Source: Tubulanus polymorphus
Lineage: Eukaryota > Animalia > Nemertea
Length of the DNA stretch: 64,000 nt
Assembly (NCBI RefSeq): GCF_964204645.1
Contig: NC_134027.1
Span: forward strand, 11,254,485-11,318,484
Direction: 5' to 3'
The first letter of the stretch is position 1, and each line of letters begins with the position of its first letter. Of this stretch, positions 38,201-52,636 are shown in pieces. The position numbers and the translations under genes are program-made. Under the pieces are notes generated by a model. The model was not told where the DNA came from. It ran no database searches and saw nothing but the letters and a program-made list of their open reading frames with translations.

Positions 38201-39874
38201 ACAACAATATTAGTTATTTAAATGCCACACTTTCAGAAAAATACTTCACAGTACAGGTACAACGATAATAAATGTTTGAAGGGGGGTCGTTGCAGGCTGT
38301 AGGTTAGTACCTGAATGAATCCGAGCGGGGCAGTTGCTGAGTAATTTATCTTTAACCCGCTCATCAGTGGTTCCAGTCAAATCACGGGTTTTACCGGTAT
38401 GCGTTTGAATCTAGGTAGCAACGAAATTTCTTTGGTTGATGGTTCTTCGTTTCATTAGAGAGGAATCCTCAATGCCCTTAGTGGTGCTCAGCTGGTTGGG
38501 GGATTGAACGAAAATTTCAAAAACTTAATCATTCCTCAGTATATAGAGCTGCTGACTGTTTTCAATATTCTGTAGTCTCTAGAGAAATTACTTGATTTGT
38601 GTTTGAAGCTTTCAGAAGTAAAAAAAATTGTTACCGAAGGTCTAACCGTTGATTGCTGAATATAATTTGAACATTAACGAAATGTTCCCGTGTTAGCTTG
38701 GTACTGATAGCACTTTGCTAATGTTGCCGAATGACTGTTGTTTGTGATCTTTGTTTGCAGAAAATAACGACAAGCCATTAGCAGATTTTAACATTCGCGA
38801 CGGCACTCAACTTAAATGCGACGACTTTCTGCAGGAATACAAATTAGCGATAAATATATATCACGTGTAAGTTTGCAGGTACTGGGACAACATTTCAGGG
38901 CCTTACAGGGTACTTGCCCTCCAGAAATTTCAGATAAGTACCCTGCTTGCAAATGATATTGCTATATCCAATAGAAATTTTAATGTTCATGCTTAGATTT
39001 CAATCCTTCACTTAGGCCTTAACAGAGTTTCTGTTAGGGCAATACAAGGATAATTGTTATATCAGTTTTTGACTTCAGGTAACTGCCTTTTACGCATTTC
39101 TCTGCCCCTGTCCCCCCCCCTCAATGGTTAATATGTTGTATTATTTAATCAATGTGTCTATTTTGTATTGCAGGGATGAATTGGAAGATCAGAAGGAGTT
39201 TGAATTACTCGGTGATATAAGCGATCTGGCTCCGAAACCATCGACGTCGGGGGTTTCCACTAACGGCAGTAAATCGGAGAATACCTCAGGTATGAATTTC
39301 ACGACCCTATACATGCACGATTAAACTGAGTTCAGTCATCAGTTAAGTCATCAAGGTTTGGTTCCATAGTCGCGACTTAAGTCCCAAAAATTGTCTTAAA
39401 ACTAAAGACTAGTCTTAAGTTGTTAGATTGGTTATAGAACTAACGATAGTCTTAGTCTGGTCACCAGAAGCCAACACCAGTTTTCGTGCTAGCAGCCCTC
39501 GTATCCAAATCTGCCCTTCTCAAATTAAGTGCCCATTCCAATTTTCAGGTCCATTTCCTTCGAACAATTGTAGATCCGCCCTAGTTCAGTATATCATCAA
39601 TACCGGTAGATCATCGATTTCGTTCGATATTTCAGATGACGTCGATGCTCAACCGTACAGTAAAGATGACGATGTGAATGATGATGACGACGACGATGAT
39701 ATTGAGATGATCGTACCAGCCGACACGAACGAACAAACGTCTGACGTTGGTAAAGGCAAGAAACGAAAGGCTTCCGACGACGACGTACTTCCAATCGATA
39801 ATAAAAAGACGAAACAGTCGCAGAACGTGCCGATTGTGGACGATAGCGACGACGATGTAGTTACTTTAGATTAA
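32243..39874 (+). CDS. UBA2: SUMO-activating enzyme subunit 2, 15 coding exons
   Basis: Exons 32243-32386 ([15 protein letters not shown]), 33091-33174 ([17 protein letters not shown]), 33781-33851, 33925-33989, 34077-34177, 34777-34898 ([21 protein letters not shown], catalytic Cys), 35429-35615, 35858-35957, 36147-36295, 36388-36481, 37044-37156 ([14 protein letters not shown]), 37705-37948 (PNPKCYVC), 38761-38866, 39174-39289 and 39636-39874 (NLS KKRK; SIM-like DDDVVTLD*). Confidence 0.95.
34231..34528. mobile_element. piggyBac-like non-autonomous element (copy 2)
   Basis: TTAA|CCCTTTCAGTGC ... GGACTGAAAGGG|TTAA, in a UBA2 intron. Confidence 0.75.
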
Positions 39875-39885
39875 TTCAAATTATT

Positions 39886-40156
39886 AGCCGCGATTGCACG
39901 AGCATTTTTGGTCTGTGCCAGATTTGGCCCGGAACAATTGTTCACACAGGTTCCTGTTTAGCCCGACAAAAAATGTTGGACCAGGCCTTTAGCACGGGTC
40001 GAATGATTGCATGTGATTTGCAAATTGTTATGGAAGTGACTCACTTTGCTTTGGTATTGAGTGGATGGCTTACATGTGAACGCACTCTCTAATTAAGCAC
40101 AGGGCAAATTTGACTCTGGCCTATCCGGGCCAAGTCATCGCCGTGTGATCGCGGCT
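39886..40156. mobile_element. Harbinger-like MITE of a dispersed family (related copies ~47930-48030, 51722-51916, 53690-53870, 56280-56550, 59081-59287, 61154-61225, 63239-63470)
   Basis: Termini AGCCGCGATTGCACG ... CGTGTGATCGCGGCT with TTA/TAA flanks. An internal core GAAGTGACTCACTT...GAGTGAGTGGTTTG...TCTCTAATTAGGCAC recurs across the copies. This copy starts 12 bp after the UBA2 stop. Confidence 0.7.
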
Positions 40157-43100
40157 AAATGACCTAAGTTTGCAGTTCTCGGTCTAAATTCGACTGGATA
40201 GTCACATAATACTTACAAATCAAGTATCATAATTTCAGTTTCTGATATGTTATCAACGCGACTTTAGAACTGGCTTCTGGGTTCATTTCCACATTTCAAA
40301 GTTGAGATTTACCCAGTACAAAGAGAGGAACCTAGATAATACGAATCTGGGGCCCGTTGCTCAAAAGTTGGTTTAAGATAACCAGTGGATAAATACCATA
40401 GTAACAATGAACTTTTTAATTGTCACTCTAACCAATTTTTGAGCAACTGGCCCCTGGTGGGTGAAAGTGAATTTGTCGTATTCTAAATGGGTTTTGTATT
40501 ATCCAAATCTTGATTGATATTGATATCTCAGCTGGGACATGCTGGAAATCATCATCAGGTAAACAGATTCGTCTTTAAACAGAATCGTATAACCGAGGTT
40601 CAACCGTATTTGAAAGTCGTCTGATTTTATAATATGATTTCGGAAGTGTTTCCAGATAGACTGAGCGTATTTTGATATGTTTATTATCCATCATCATATA
40701 TAAAATCTAAAAAATCTCGTCTGATTTTACTGGTTATTCTGTCTAGACTGCAGTCAGTGATGTAAGTTTTCATTTGATGATATTTTTTTATCGGGACTAC
40801 GCGCGTAAATGTTAGACCCCATAAATTTAAGGCAGCTTCCGCGTTGAACATCCTCCCAGATAGGGTAACGGTATCCACTAGTCGAATCTTAAACCACAAC
40901 TGTGGAACTGGATTCAGGTTGTAATATTGTCACTCAGTAGTATCCTACAGCTGTCGAACTGAATCCAGATTGGACTTGATCTTATATATATTTATATATT
41001 TTTTAAATATTTTTGGTAAATTTTGTAATTGTGTGGATTGATCATAACTATACTAAGCATTTAAGTGTTCAGGGTTCCCGTACTAGTGAATGACAAAGGG
41101 CAATTTTAGCAATAAGGTACATTACCTGAACTAATGAAGCTATCGATCGGCTACTACTTGAAACCATTCCCCTTAGGCTTACGATACATAATCACCAATC
41201 TACAAGTTGCCGTCTCGGGTCTCATGCGAGTATTTTTGAATTGAGAATGAACTTCAAACATAGGATATTTTATCGCAGCATTGACCGACAGTAAATTTTT
41301 CCTGGTTTTGCGCTCAGAAAATGTCTAGAGTGGATGGTTCCGGGCTGATTGATACATGGGCGATTATGTCATGTACGTTTGCCGCGTCGGCTTAAGTTAC
41401 ATCTCGGCAGATTCTTCGGCTATAATTGAAAAGTCTAATCAGTAAATGACGGCAAATTGATTTATCGTATTAAGTACGATAAATCAATTGCGCATACTAC
41501 AAGTATCATGTCATTAATCCTGTCCATTTTCGGTTAAGCGCATGAAGGAGGATCGTGCCCGTGCATTTCTATTGGTACATTTTGTTGTTTTTTATCAGAC
41601 CTGTCGAATATGTATATATATGTACATTTAGTGTCAATAAATTTTTGTACGGAATGTTTTTATCTCGTGTGTATTTATATGCCATATGGTCTCTAGTCAG
41701 TTGGAGGCAGTTTTATCGATTTCGGTATTTCGTTCCGGTACTGTGGAAACCTCTTTAATCGGAGTAATTACGCTCATATGACTCATTGGAGCAGTGAGTC
41801 GGGGAACACGGACATACGTATGTCTTGACTGAATAGAATGGGTTCACCCACCGCCTCTCCGAGTCAAATGCCTTATCCACAGAGCCACTAAGGATGGGAC
41901 AAATTATTCTTTTAGTCTGGTTTGATTCTGCATATTTGGGGTGGATACTTTTGCTTATTGCCCTGACATGTAAATTGTTTTCCCTGACTTGATTTGTTAA
42001 TTATCCAATCAATTAACGCTGCAGAGTCAAATACGTAAGACAGAGATGGAAACTGTTTGATTATTATATACGTGATCTAGCAGTCCCAAACAAATTTCCC
42101 TGAATTTTAGTTTTCTTACAAGATTTCCTGAAAAGAAAATTCTTTCACTTCCCCTGATTTCCAGGTAAGTGGCCATCGTGACATTGCATTCATCAGTCAC
42201 CCAAATCCATTGATATGTGATTGTCAAAGGTATTTGTTTTGATTTGGCCATCTTTCAAGTAAAACTGAAATTCCTTGAACATCATGACTGCCTATTTCGC
42301 CCATATAGTCCTTCCTCAAAATGATGGGAAATGGCCAATATTTCATATTTGCACTTGAGCGTGGCCCCAAGATAGCATAGCCATACAGGTCTGCAATGTC
42401 ATAGATGAAAAAACAAGAGGATTTCATTTTATTCCTATCTAGCAAAATACCAGATACTGTACCTGCCTATACTAAGATCATTTAAAAGTCACTAAATCTA
42501 TGTTATTGCCTAAGACAAACTAACATCATAAAGGTGTATTGAGATAAAACCTTTCTGAATCATTTGACTACATTTATTGGGCTTGATGAAGCATCACCAT
42601 CGATTTAGACAACTAGACATCTACCTTTCAGTCCATTTTGGTCTAACTATTGCGGTCCAAAAGGACATTTTTGGTCCGAATTCTGAGGCCATTTTGCCCG
42701 CTTCAAACGGGCAAAAACCCATTTGGCACCATTATAAATGGTTGGTCAGGGTCAAACACATTTGTGTGATTCTGGCTTAACATTCAAACTTCTCTCATCA
42801 GGTGCTCCATTTCTAGTGGAAGTTTCTGCACCCAATGCCACACGTCTGTGCTCCGTCTTGTGTTTCTAGAGATACAAACTAATGTTTGAAGGGCAACAAT
42901 TTGCACATATACCACATTCACAGGATGATCAATTAACCCTGCACATGGCTCGAAAGGTACTGGGTAATGGAAAAACAGCCAGTGAGTGTACTTGATGATT
43001 GTGCTTAGAGAGTAAAGCCATATGAATGGATTATGTCAACTAAAACCAAATAACAACATAACAATAGAAAATTTCAAGGACATAAACCATTTTATTTACG

Positions 43101-43301
43101 TTTAGCGAAATGAAATGCAAGATATATTAATTAAGATGAAACGGTAAATCTATTTACGTGTTATCTCAATGCACATACGACAAGTACTCTCCTAAGTCAC
43201 ACGATAATGAAAGCTCATTGAACACATGCACTTTACGTCATACGATAATGAAAGCTAATTCAAAGCATTATTCTTTAACGCACAAGTGGCAGTTGTTTAG
43301 T

Positions 43302-46300
43302 TCACTTAGTGTTGCCGAAAGATTTTTTGTATTTCAAATTTAAGAACGAGATCTGCGCTCTACTCTCCAACGTTGCCAACTCCGCTACTGTTGGGGCGAG
43401 CATCTCGACGTGACCTTTGTAACCAGATCCTGAAAATTTTAGATAATGAAAATAAGATGTATAGCTGGATACTCAACAGAAAAATGAGGATACTATGATA
43501 TATATATACCTGTATCGACGCGTTTTGTTCCGTAAGTGACCTTTCCGTCGAATTCGTTGACGGGTATTTTAAAGTCTGCCTGGACCTGGTCGATTGTGAC
43601 GCCTAGATGATCTTCAACGTCGTTCAACAGCTGAAAAACACAGAAATCCATAACCGTAATCATGATAAGACATTTGGGTATCCGATCTCGAAAAGAATAA
43701 TGTGACACATTTGAACTATCCCTGCGATGATAAACCCACGAAGGTTTCAATCCTCAGTCCGAACCCATCCCTCTCAGATAATCAATACTAAGAATAACCG
43801 TAGAATAGCCACACTTGGACGTGGAGATTAGATAATCAGTTTAAAACCAATCCATTACATGTACAAGATCTAAAACTCTTTCGAACTCTTGTGGGTGATG
43901 ATCTCTAGTCAGAGTTCGAAATGTTATCTTTTGATTTTGATTTTTGATAAATGTAATCCGCTTTTAGTCTTTTTTTAGCTTTGCATCAACTTATTTCTCA
44001 ATACTTGATCACCATACTTCCAATGTTTGATTATCCCGGATTCATACTGACTGCTATGGATTGTTGACCTGAAACTTGATCTAAGTAACTAAATGACTTA
44101 AGATTCATCCAGTCCTCAAAGTGGCTGGTTCGTGGTGCTCCGTATACTGCGTGTACTGAGAACTCCAGAGGGTCGTGACTACTAGGATGTCAGTGAAGAT
44201 TAAGACAGCTTATCAACAAAACTGTTTTAAACTGTTATCGCTAAGATTTCACACAAACATGAAAATAACCAAAAGGGGTGGTTCCACGTTGCAGATAATA
44301 CTTGAGCAACTCGTGAGGTGTCTTACCTGTGGCTCATTGTACCATATACAGCAACCTCCTTGATCGGTGAGTCTTGTATTATAACAACCCTTACCGCGGT
44401 TACTGCAGTTACTGTGGTACCAGACCTTTTCTTTACAAGCGCTCACTAAGGAAATGGCCAGTCCCATACGATCGGCGCGTCCTACCCGTCCGATTCTGTG
44501 CACGTAGTTCTGCTTCTCGTCGGGCATCGTCACGTTTATCACTGGAAATATTACGCAAGAACGTTATGCAAGGTACGAGTCTCGAGCGGTAGAAATCCAA
44601 TAGAGCTAAGAACTGAATAGGCCTGAAACCAGGATGTTCCAAGCACAGTAATATCCAGTAATACCAAAATCTGAATGAATGAATAGATGAACTACGGTAG
44701 ATATCCTTTTAGGAAAGCTTATACCATTGTATAATCTTTCTTGCAATTTGTTTTTATGTTGTTGTTCCAACGGTATCTTAATGATTTAATTAGTTTTATT
44801 GTAACCTCTATGATTATTTTACAGGTGCTATATAAACAAACAAATTATTACAATTATTACTATTTCTTATCGTTATTATCATTATTATCATGAATGAATC
44901 TATTTTCTCAAGTATATAAACATCGTATCATATCGTATCATAATTGCAGCCATGGACTCTAAAACGTTTTAGAGTCCATGTTGCAACCAAATAACGAAGG
45001 CAGGTCAGCTTAACTACAGCGATTAACTACATATCAATTGAAAATTTACATATTTGAGGAGGACACCTCCTAGTCCTAAGAGCTGTACACCTAGAGGGGG
45101 GCTGTATTTGGACAACTTTCGAACCAAAAGGAACCTTTTAGGCAGAGAATTCGAAATGAGATATCAAACTTTGGAGAACTGAATGAATGAGCAACTTACC
45201 GAACGGTAACCCAGAGACATCTATACCTCTCGCCGCTACGTCAGTACAAATCATAAATCGAACTTCGTTCTTTTTGAATCGTTCTAGATTCGCCTTACGC
45301 TCCGGGGGTCTTCTATCGCCATGGAGACAAACGCAGCTCAAATCTTTGTTACGACCTTTTGGACCTGGAAATTGACGATTGAAATATTAATGCAATTGAT
45401 TAATTAGTAAATTACTAACCGCAGCCGCCAAACTCTGTGAATGTTATCAATAACAGTGACCGAGGGTCTGTTGAGGTTAAAAGGCCCCCCCCCCCCCGAA
45501 TAATTAGTACACAAAGTGCGCAGCGCAGTTTTCGGCTTGTGTGCGGGTGATGCAATTTACAACTATTTCGGTCATAATAGCGTAATATCTGGCCGCTGCA
45601 CGGACTGCCATTGATCTGTTTTCAATTGCTGCGGACCTTGTAGCGTAGCAACAATGGTCCGATATTTTTGTAAATGGAGTGATTGTTTTTTAGAAAGAAC
45701 ACGACTTAAAAACGTTCACCAGTGTAAAACTTTTTTATTTTTCAAGATAGACCATCACAACCGGTGAGAAACTTGTTGGAAATGTTGTGAAGTTTTCATT
45801 CATATAAGTTATTGTAAACGGAATCTGCTGTCTTTGAGAGAATTTCCAATTTCTTCCGACTTGACAGATTTTCGTCCAATCTGCGAAATGGTGTTTTGAG
45901 AGCTAAAAAAGCTATTCATACTTATTTTGTATCATCGATTCGCAAATTTTTAAAATAAAATGATGGTAACGACAAATTTTTGATAATAACCGCTAGACGA
46001 TGTTACGGCTTCAGAAATGAAGTTAATTGTTGCCAGCGATAATTATCAGAACTCGCGCGCGCGTAGTTACGGCTGTCTTCGAATGTTCGTAATGCAGATT
46101 TTGCTGTTTGCCAAATACCTATAGTAACGTGTTTAATATTTTTCGACGTGGTGCAAAGTGGTATTGATGGTAATTAGTCAACAGCTGAAATGTTGTGGTT
46201 TCATTTCAATAAATTTATTTGGATAACAAATTCCATTAGAGGACTTAGTCATTTTTTTTTTCATCTACGGTATTATTGGCTTTATCGGTTTGAATCATGG

Positions 46301-46685
46301 TGGTGGCAGAGTAACTTGGTAATGACATCCTGCCTTGGGATTAATGAAAAACCACTAAGGATACAAAATTTATATTCAGGAATATCTCATCGGAACTGGT
46401 ATATGGAAGAAAAATGTTCAAAATTAATCAGTTATTTGATGTGAAGACCCATCAATAACAAATGTACGCATCAAAGTAACTGGTCACAAAAGCAACAGCT
46501 ACAGTTCGCAGCTCTGCTGATTAGAACTATTATGTTACCTCCGCCTAATTGTATGAAATATTTTTCTAAATTGTCGCAGTCCAACTTCGTTCGACAGAAG
46601 ATCAACGATTTTTCGATCTTGTGTTCTTTAATACACCGAAGTAAATATTCGCCTTTCAGCATCTTCACCGCTTCGGATAGCATCT
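43302..46685 (-). CDS. DDX1: ATP-dependent RNA helicase DDX1, five 3' exons (5' part not found in the window)
   Basis: Minus-strand exons: 46539-46685 ([14 protein letters not shown]...[13 protein letters not shown]), 45200-45364 (SCVCLHGDR...[11 protein letters not shown]), 44327-44541 ([21 protein letters not shown]...KEKVWYH), 43510-43630 ([13 protein letters not shown]-like) and 43302-43429 ([12 protein letters not shown]...*). These match DDX1-specific sequence. Confidence 0.93.
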
Positions 46686-49600
46686 CTAAAATGATAAATG
46701 GATTCATCGGAATTAATTATCGTCGAAAATCGGAAAATCTTTTTTCGACGGCCGACGACGCACGATTCGTCAAAACACACCGCGTCGTCGCGAACGTTAC
46801 CTCGATTCATCAAATCGGATTTTGAATCGTCGTCGATGAAAATTAGTAGCGTTTTTCTGTTTGGAAATCGATTCGATTCACATTTGTCAGCATAATCAGC
46901 GTTCGCAAAGTCTTCACAACACAAATACTATTTATCAGCTGTCAAATGTGCGAACGAAAAGATTTCATTAATTAGTGATTGATGAGCGATATACTCGCAC
47001 GATTCTCCTCCGAAGAATATCCTTTTTCTCGAGCGCCTGAAAAATGTCTTTTTTTTCTCTCGTTTTTTTTTCTTCTTGATACCGCATCAGAAAATTTGAA
47101 AGATTATCAGATATACTATTGTAGATAAATGTACTTCTGCCATTCATATGATCGATACAGGCGCGCGTGGCAATGTGATAAATGAATAACCGCAATATAT
47201 TACCACGAAATTTATCTCAGATTAGAATCAAACATTTGGATTCACACTATATTTTGGTCTCTTTAGCCCGACGCAGATGTTTGCGATCCACCTTATGATT
47301 GTTTAATCGCAAGATTTTTTTTGTACGAGCCATCGGTGACAACGGTTTTCTGGTTCATGCATGAGGCAACTCCAAAATTCCCATGCATTAGTTCCCATTG
47401 CATTTAGGATATGTTGTATCTAGGGGCAATAGCTAAATTTTGTCAAGGCAACTTTTTAAATTTCCACCCCGTTCCTCAAGTAATGAGGTCATCTTCAAGG
47501 TCATGTTGCTTGAAAACAACTTTTAGTGCGTAGTTCTGTTGCTAGGTGGCACACTTAGCTCATTTTTGGACTGCACATCTAGACCCCCATACTAACATTG
47601 AACCAAAGTTTTATCACGATTAACCCATTTTTTAACGAAGCTAAGTAGCCGCTAGCCGTAGACAATCTGACCCACAGACAGATGACACCAGGAGACAGAC
47701 AGACAGTATAAAAATGAGAGTCTCGTAATAGAAGCCCGTAAACCAACCATCATTAAGGTGTGTGGTGACGTCTGGAGATGATTTCATTGCATCATCGCTT
47801 CAAGGTAGCAAATCAAACTTGTCTGATATTTTCAAAGGTGTGCAGGCTACATTACAGGTATTCTGAACGATACTCCAGCAGCAGCCAATCAGAATGCAAG
47901 ATGAAGTGGAAACAAGCCAGCATCACACTGGCCTATGTTTTTGGCTCAGGCCTAATCTGGCATAGGTGCCAAATGGGCCCGTGCCCGTTTGACTTGGGCC
48001 AAATTTGACCCAACCAAATATGTCAGACCTTAGCTTGGAACCCATGGGTAAGAGTTAAAACTAATGAAACCAGTCCCTAGATGGTTCCCTACCCGTACTG
48101 CCAAAAGATTTTCAGCTTTGTTACAAATATCCTGTTAGGCTGTACCTTTTGATTTAACAGACGTCATGGAAGGCAGTAGTTACCCAAATGACCACCAGTT
48201 TTGACAGGGTTTATAGCGAGTCTCAATAGTCCTTAAAGGTACTCACTCACAAATGTGGTGCTATGTATGTATATCCATACCATTATTTACTTTTGGGCTT
48301 CAACGAGTTATGTTGTGTTGATAATGAGGGCCGTGAGCTTTGAAATGATAAGAAAATTGTCAATTTCGCCTTACAAAAATGCTTAAAAAGTGCTTCAGTG
48401 GTTTATCATGCGCCCTATTCGGTTGTATATTCTATGTTAGTGGTTAATAAAACTGTGGGAGTAATCATGACAGTCTGTCAGAGGATGATGACTCCAAGAT
48501 AACGGCAGACGCTGGATATTTTTCATTACACTGATTGCTTTCAACCATATAGGTTGACCATATAACTGTTAGCGATCATCAGTTCTTTGGGTAGGTCCTG
48601 CAGCATGTCTTCATTACTTTTAACCATAGAAGTGTATTCTATGTTTAAACGCAGATGTTTGTGACGTATAAGGATCTAGATGGCTAGTATGATACATGGG
48701 GAAAGTGGGAGTTTAATGAGTGCATTTTCATTCTGTGCTAAAATCACTTTGAAAAAACAAGGCGCAATAAAATAGTTTCCAGTTTCTAGGCGCCGTATTG
48801 TGGCAAGGCCTCCATTGTTGCGATAATTTTCGCCCTTTTTGGAACAGTTTTTTTGATTGAATATATATCAATAAGTGAAACCAAGCACGGCATGTTTTAA
48901 CGCGTCAAAAATTTCGCAAATTCAGTTCACCTATATTACCAATTTTCAAAGAGGTTAAAGACTGTTTGAGTTTATGAGATGTTTCATTAGCAATATTCAT
49001 TTGTGATACTTGTTCTATTCAACACCAGTTGTTTGTTGTTTGTTTGTTAAGGTCACCACCAGTGCAGTAAACCACACTAGTCGTGGGCAAGGGAAATTCT
49101 GACAACTGATCCAGTCTAGATGCTACAGTTCTTTTTAAGCAATTTAGGAACCGAATGATTGACTCAGAAGATGTAGCCTATTGGTAACAGTCTTATTCAT
49201 TACAACAAATTACATGAAGATACATTTTCTTCTTTACTATTATGGTATGTACCGGTTTAAAACGAATTTGACAATTACGAACTGGTCTTACAGTAAATGT
49301 CCTTTATAATGCTACTATTGAGACTAACAAAAAACATGGCGCTGTAAAGAATGGTATTTTCCTTGAATTTGAGTAAGATTGAGCTGATCTGCTCTCCGGA
49401 AAATGATGGCATTAACTGTGAGCAATGGCGTTAAAGAGGATGCATTTATGAGACTTTGCCTGTAGACAATTTCAATTAGAATGTGAAGCAAACCCTTATG
49501 CAATGAATACCTTCTTTTAAAAACAAATTTTCTTATGCACCCATTGATCCTTTAGGTTTTCCACGGGGAAACCGTCGCGAAGACCGCGCAATGCTCTCTC

Positions 49601-52600
49601 TAAGAACCCTCCAGCGGTATCTGATTGAAGCAGTAGCTACTTGATATAAATATTTAACCGCGGTGTTCATCAGCGTAACAGTCGGGATATCTCTGTGGGA
49701 TAGGTATTCGACAGACAAATTGAAATCACTCATTCATAATTGATTGATTGATTGACTGGGTGACACCGCTACGGGCAATGGACAGTCGGCGGGGTCTGTA
49801 TTATTGACTTTATTTCGATCATCATTCCAGTGTAGAAGTGTGGTGCAAGCAACTCATTCTGCACTTCTGCAATGTTTCATTACTTTTCATATAAACGTAA
49901 TTTGATGTACGAGCAATTTCCCTCATTACGTTAAGATCTTAAATTAGTTGTTAATCTAATGTTGTGGTTTGACTCGCACAAACTGAGGCTCATCATTATC
50001 GAGACGTGCCTTTCTCTGAGACAGTGCCCTTCTGTTATATGGTATGAGCACTTACAAGCCATTATTCACATTTCAACGACTCTTCTAATGATAGCATTAC
50101 CATTTCAGGACTGCATAAATAGCATTGGAATTGGAATGGGTAGAGAAACCCGAAGAAAGGCAGTTCTATTGGATATAACAATAATGTTTGCCAAAAGGGG
50201 CACTTAACAAAAATTCTGGGGGTAACTGCTACCCCTGCTCCGCTAGGTACGGCCCTGCATTTGGAGTATCTGAAGAGAGCTGAAACCATAGTAGCAAATC
50301 TAATGAAGCTCAGGACCTGCTTAATATCCAATGGATGCATTCTCACTCTTGAAAGTCATTGGGTTCAGAGCTCCGACAACCTGAGAGACTTATTCCTCAT
50401 CAACTCTGTCAAATAGTCCAAATTTAGCTTTGACCATCCTTTTAGTCATAGTACCTTATAAGAGTGTATACAAAGGCGAGCAAAAATGTATAAAAAAACT
50501 AACTCCAGAACCAGCAAATACGGAGATGTTTTGAGGAGAAATGCGATTACGAAGAAAAAAATGGATATGCACGTAATATTAATACATTACGTAAGAAGAA
50601 GGCATCAATCAAATTGATTTCTGTCCTATTTGAATTAGGCAACAACAGACAAAATTGCCATTCCCTGACATTTGGTGGGATTACAGCAAGAACATTCATC
50701 AGGCTCCGCGGGTAACAAAACTAAATCTGATTGAAGTTGTAAATTGCATGACAGTCACATAAAATAGACCAACTCAATATTGGAGCGCAATATTTTTGTA
50801 TAGGTTTTCTTACAAAATTCTCTTACCACAGCCATGCGGGAAAAGGAACAGGAATATTGCGACAATATTTTGCTGATGTAAAATATCACGTTTACGAAAA
50901 TAACGGACACTCCTGGATCTCGGCACCGAAGCAGATAGAGTACGGTAGCTTTTTGTATTTTCAATCGTCATGAGTTTTTCGAAAAACGCTTTCGTACGAA
51001 TCCATCACAAACAAAATTGAAACAGTTCATCAGTCCTCACGCTCTATTTCAAAATGTCTTTCACAATTTGTTCAACAACTTTGTTGTTGTAAAAAGAAAA
51101 ATCAGTTCAGTTTGTTTTTCGCGCATGAATTGGCGAGCAGAGCTTGTAAGAATGTTTTAATTTATCGAAACAATGCTTTCGACTGATCATGTGTGTGATG
51201 CAGCAAACTAGTAGACGCTTATAATCCCAGCCCACTGCGAAACTTCCGTTCGAATTTTAACGAAGAGGGGCATGAACTCGTCCGCGCCGGATATACCGGC
51301 GGTCAAGCGGACGGATTCGTAGCGCCAGTATTTGAAGAACGTATCAATCACTAATTTTCACGGTGATGACGGAATATTGACATAAAGATTTACGAAGGAG
51401 TCCTATACATGTGTATCATTTATCAGCTAATTGATTTACGCATCTCGCACACTTGTGCGAATTCACAAACCAGTCGACCTTTTCCTTCAGGCCGATCGAT
51501 GTAGATGGACAAAATTGATAGAAATTCGTCGGAGGATGTGCGCATCAACGCGTTAATTACAAAGTCCTGAAATTCTTTTCAAATAGTTATTCAGCGAAGG
51601 AATGCGATAAGCTAACTGCGACTGCAGGTGGAACGCGCGCGCGGCATAGCTTCACTAAGCTAATAAAGTTACTAGCTGGCTGATATGATTGCTTATGGCA
51701 AATGACCAAACCTGATGTGTATAGCCGCGATCGCACAAGCATTTTGCCCTGGAACGACTGGTCACACTAAATGCCAAATAGGCCCGTGCCTGTCATGCTT
51801 GACTACAAACGTCGAACCAGACCCCAACCCAAATTTAAGCACAGGTCAAATTATTGCGCATGAAATCCAGAAGTGACTCACTTCGGGAACCAGTTCACAG
51901 CTTAGATCCCGGCTAATATTTCTTTTGCGTTTGAACAGTAAATAATGCCTCATTTGGCAGCAACATTCGGAATGGAGATATCTGACCGGATACTCAGTTG
52001 ATGTTCAGGGAAATTGTTTTCCAAACAATTTGAGCAGTCGTCTGATACTGAATAAACCACGGTCTGTTGCCGTAGTATATTTCATCGGTTGATCTCAAAT
52101 TCATCTTTTGAAATGACGTGTAACAATCGCATTTCATTGCGATTCAATCACATTACGATCTTCAAAAGGATCGCATCAATTCGAGATCTGAGGGATGTAT
52201 ATAAACACACGCGATACATGAAAGCGCATAAATTGAACCGACGAATTTCCGAATCGTGCTGCGCAGGAATTTTTGGCAAACGAACGCGAAAGCGCGCAGT
52301 CAAAACATCCGATAAGATTGCCGGCGTGTCGTAAAACGTCATAAAATGACAATGCCGATTCATTAACAACATATTACATTGATATAGCACGCGACGTTCA
52401 ATCGGATGGGATTGATCTTCGGAATGATAATTAGTCGTAAGCAAAACCACTATCGACGTCGTCTCGGTACACGGCGGTTGATCGTAAAATCTCGAATTAA
52501 AAGCTTTCATATAAATCGCCCAGCATCGTAAACAAATTACCGACGTTACATCGACACGATTGTCTTCTTCGCCATCGGGTCAGGAAACCGTAAAGGCGAT

Positions 52601-52636
52601 TTTGGCGCGATGAAATTACTCTCGTTAAAACGACAA

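Noticed and set aside
40540-40565. CUGAUGA on the minus strand
   Set aside because: No matching GAAAC half; part of a dispersed repeat also seen at ~7070-7190.
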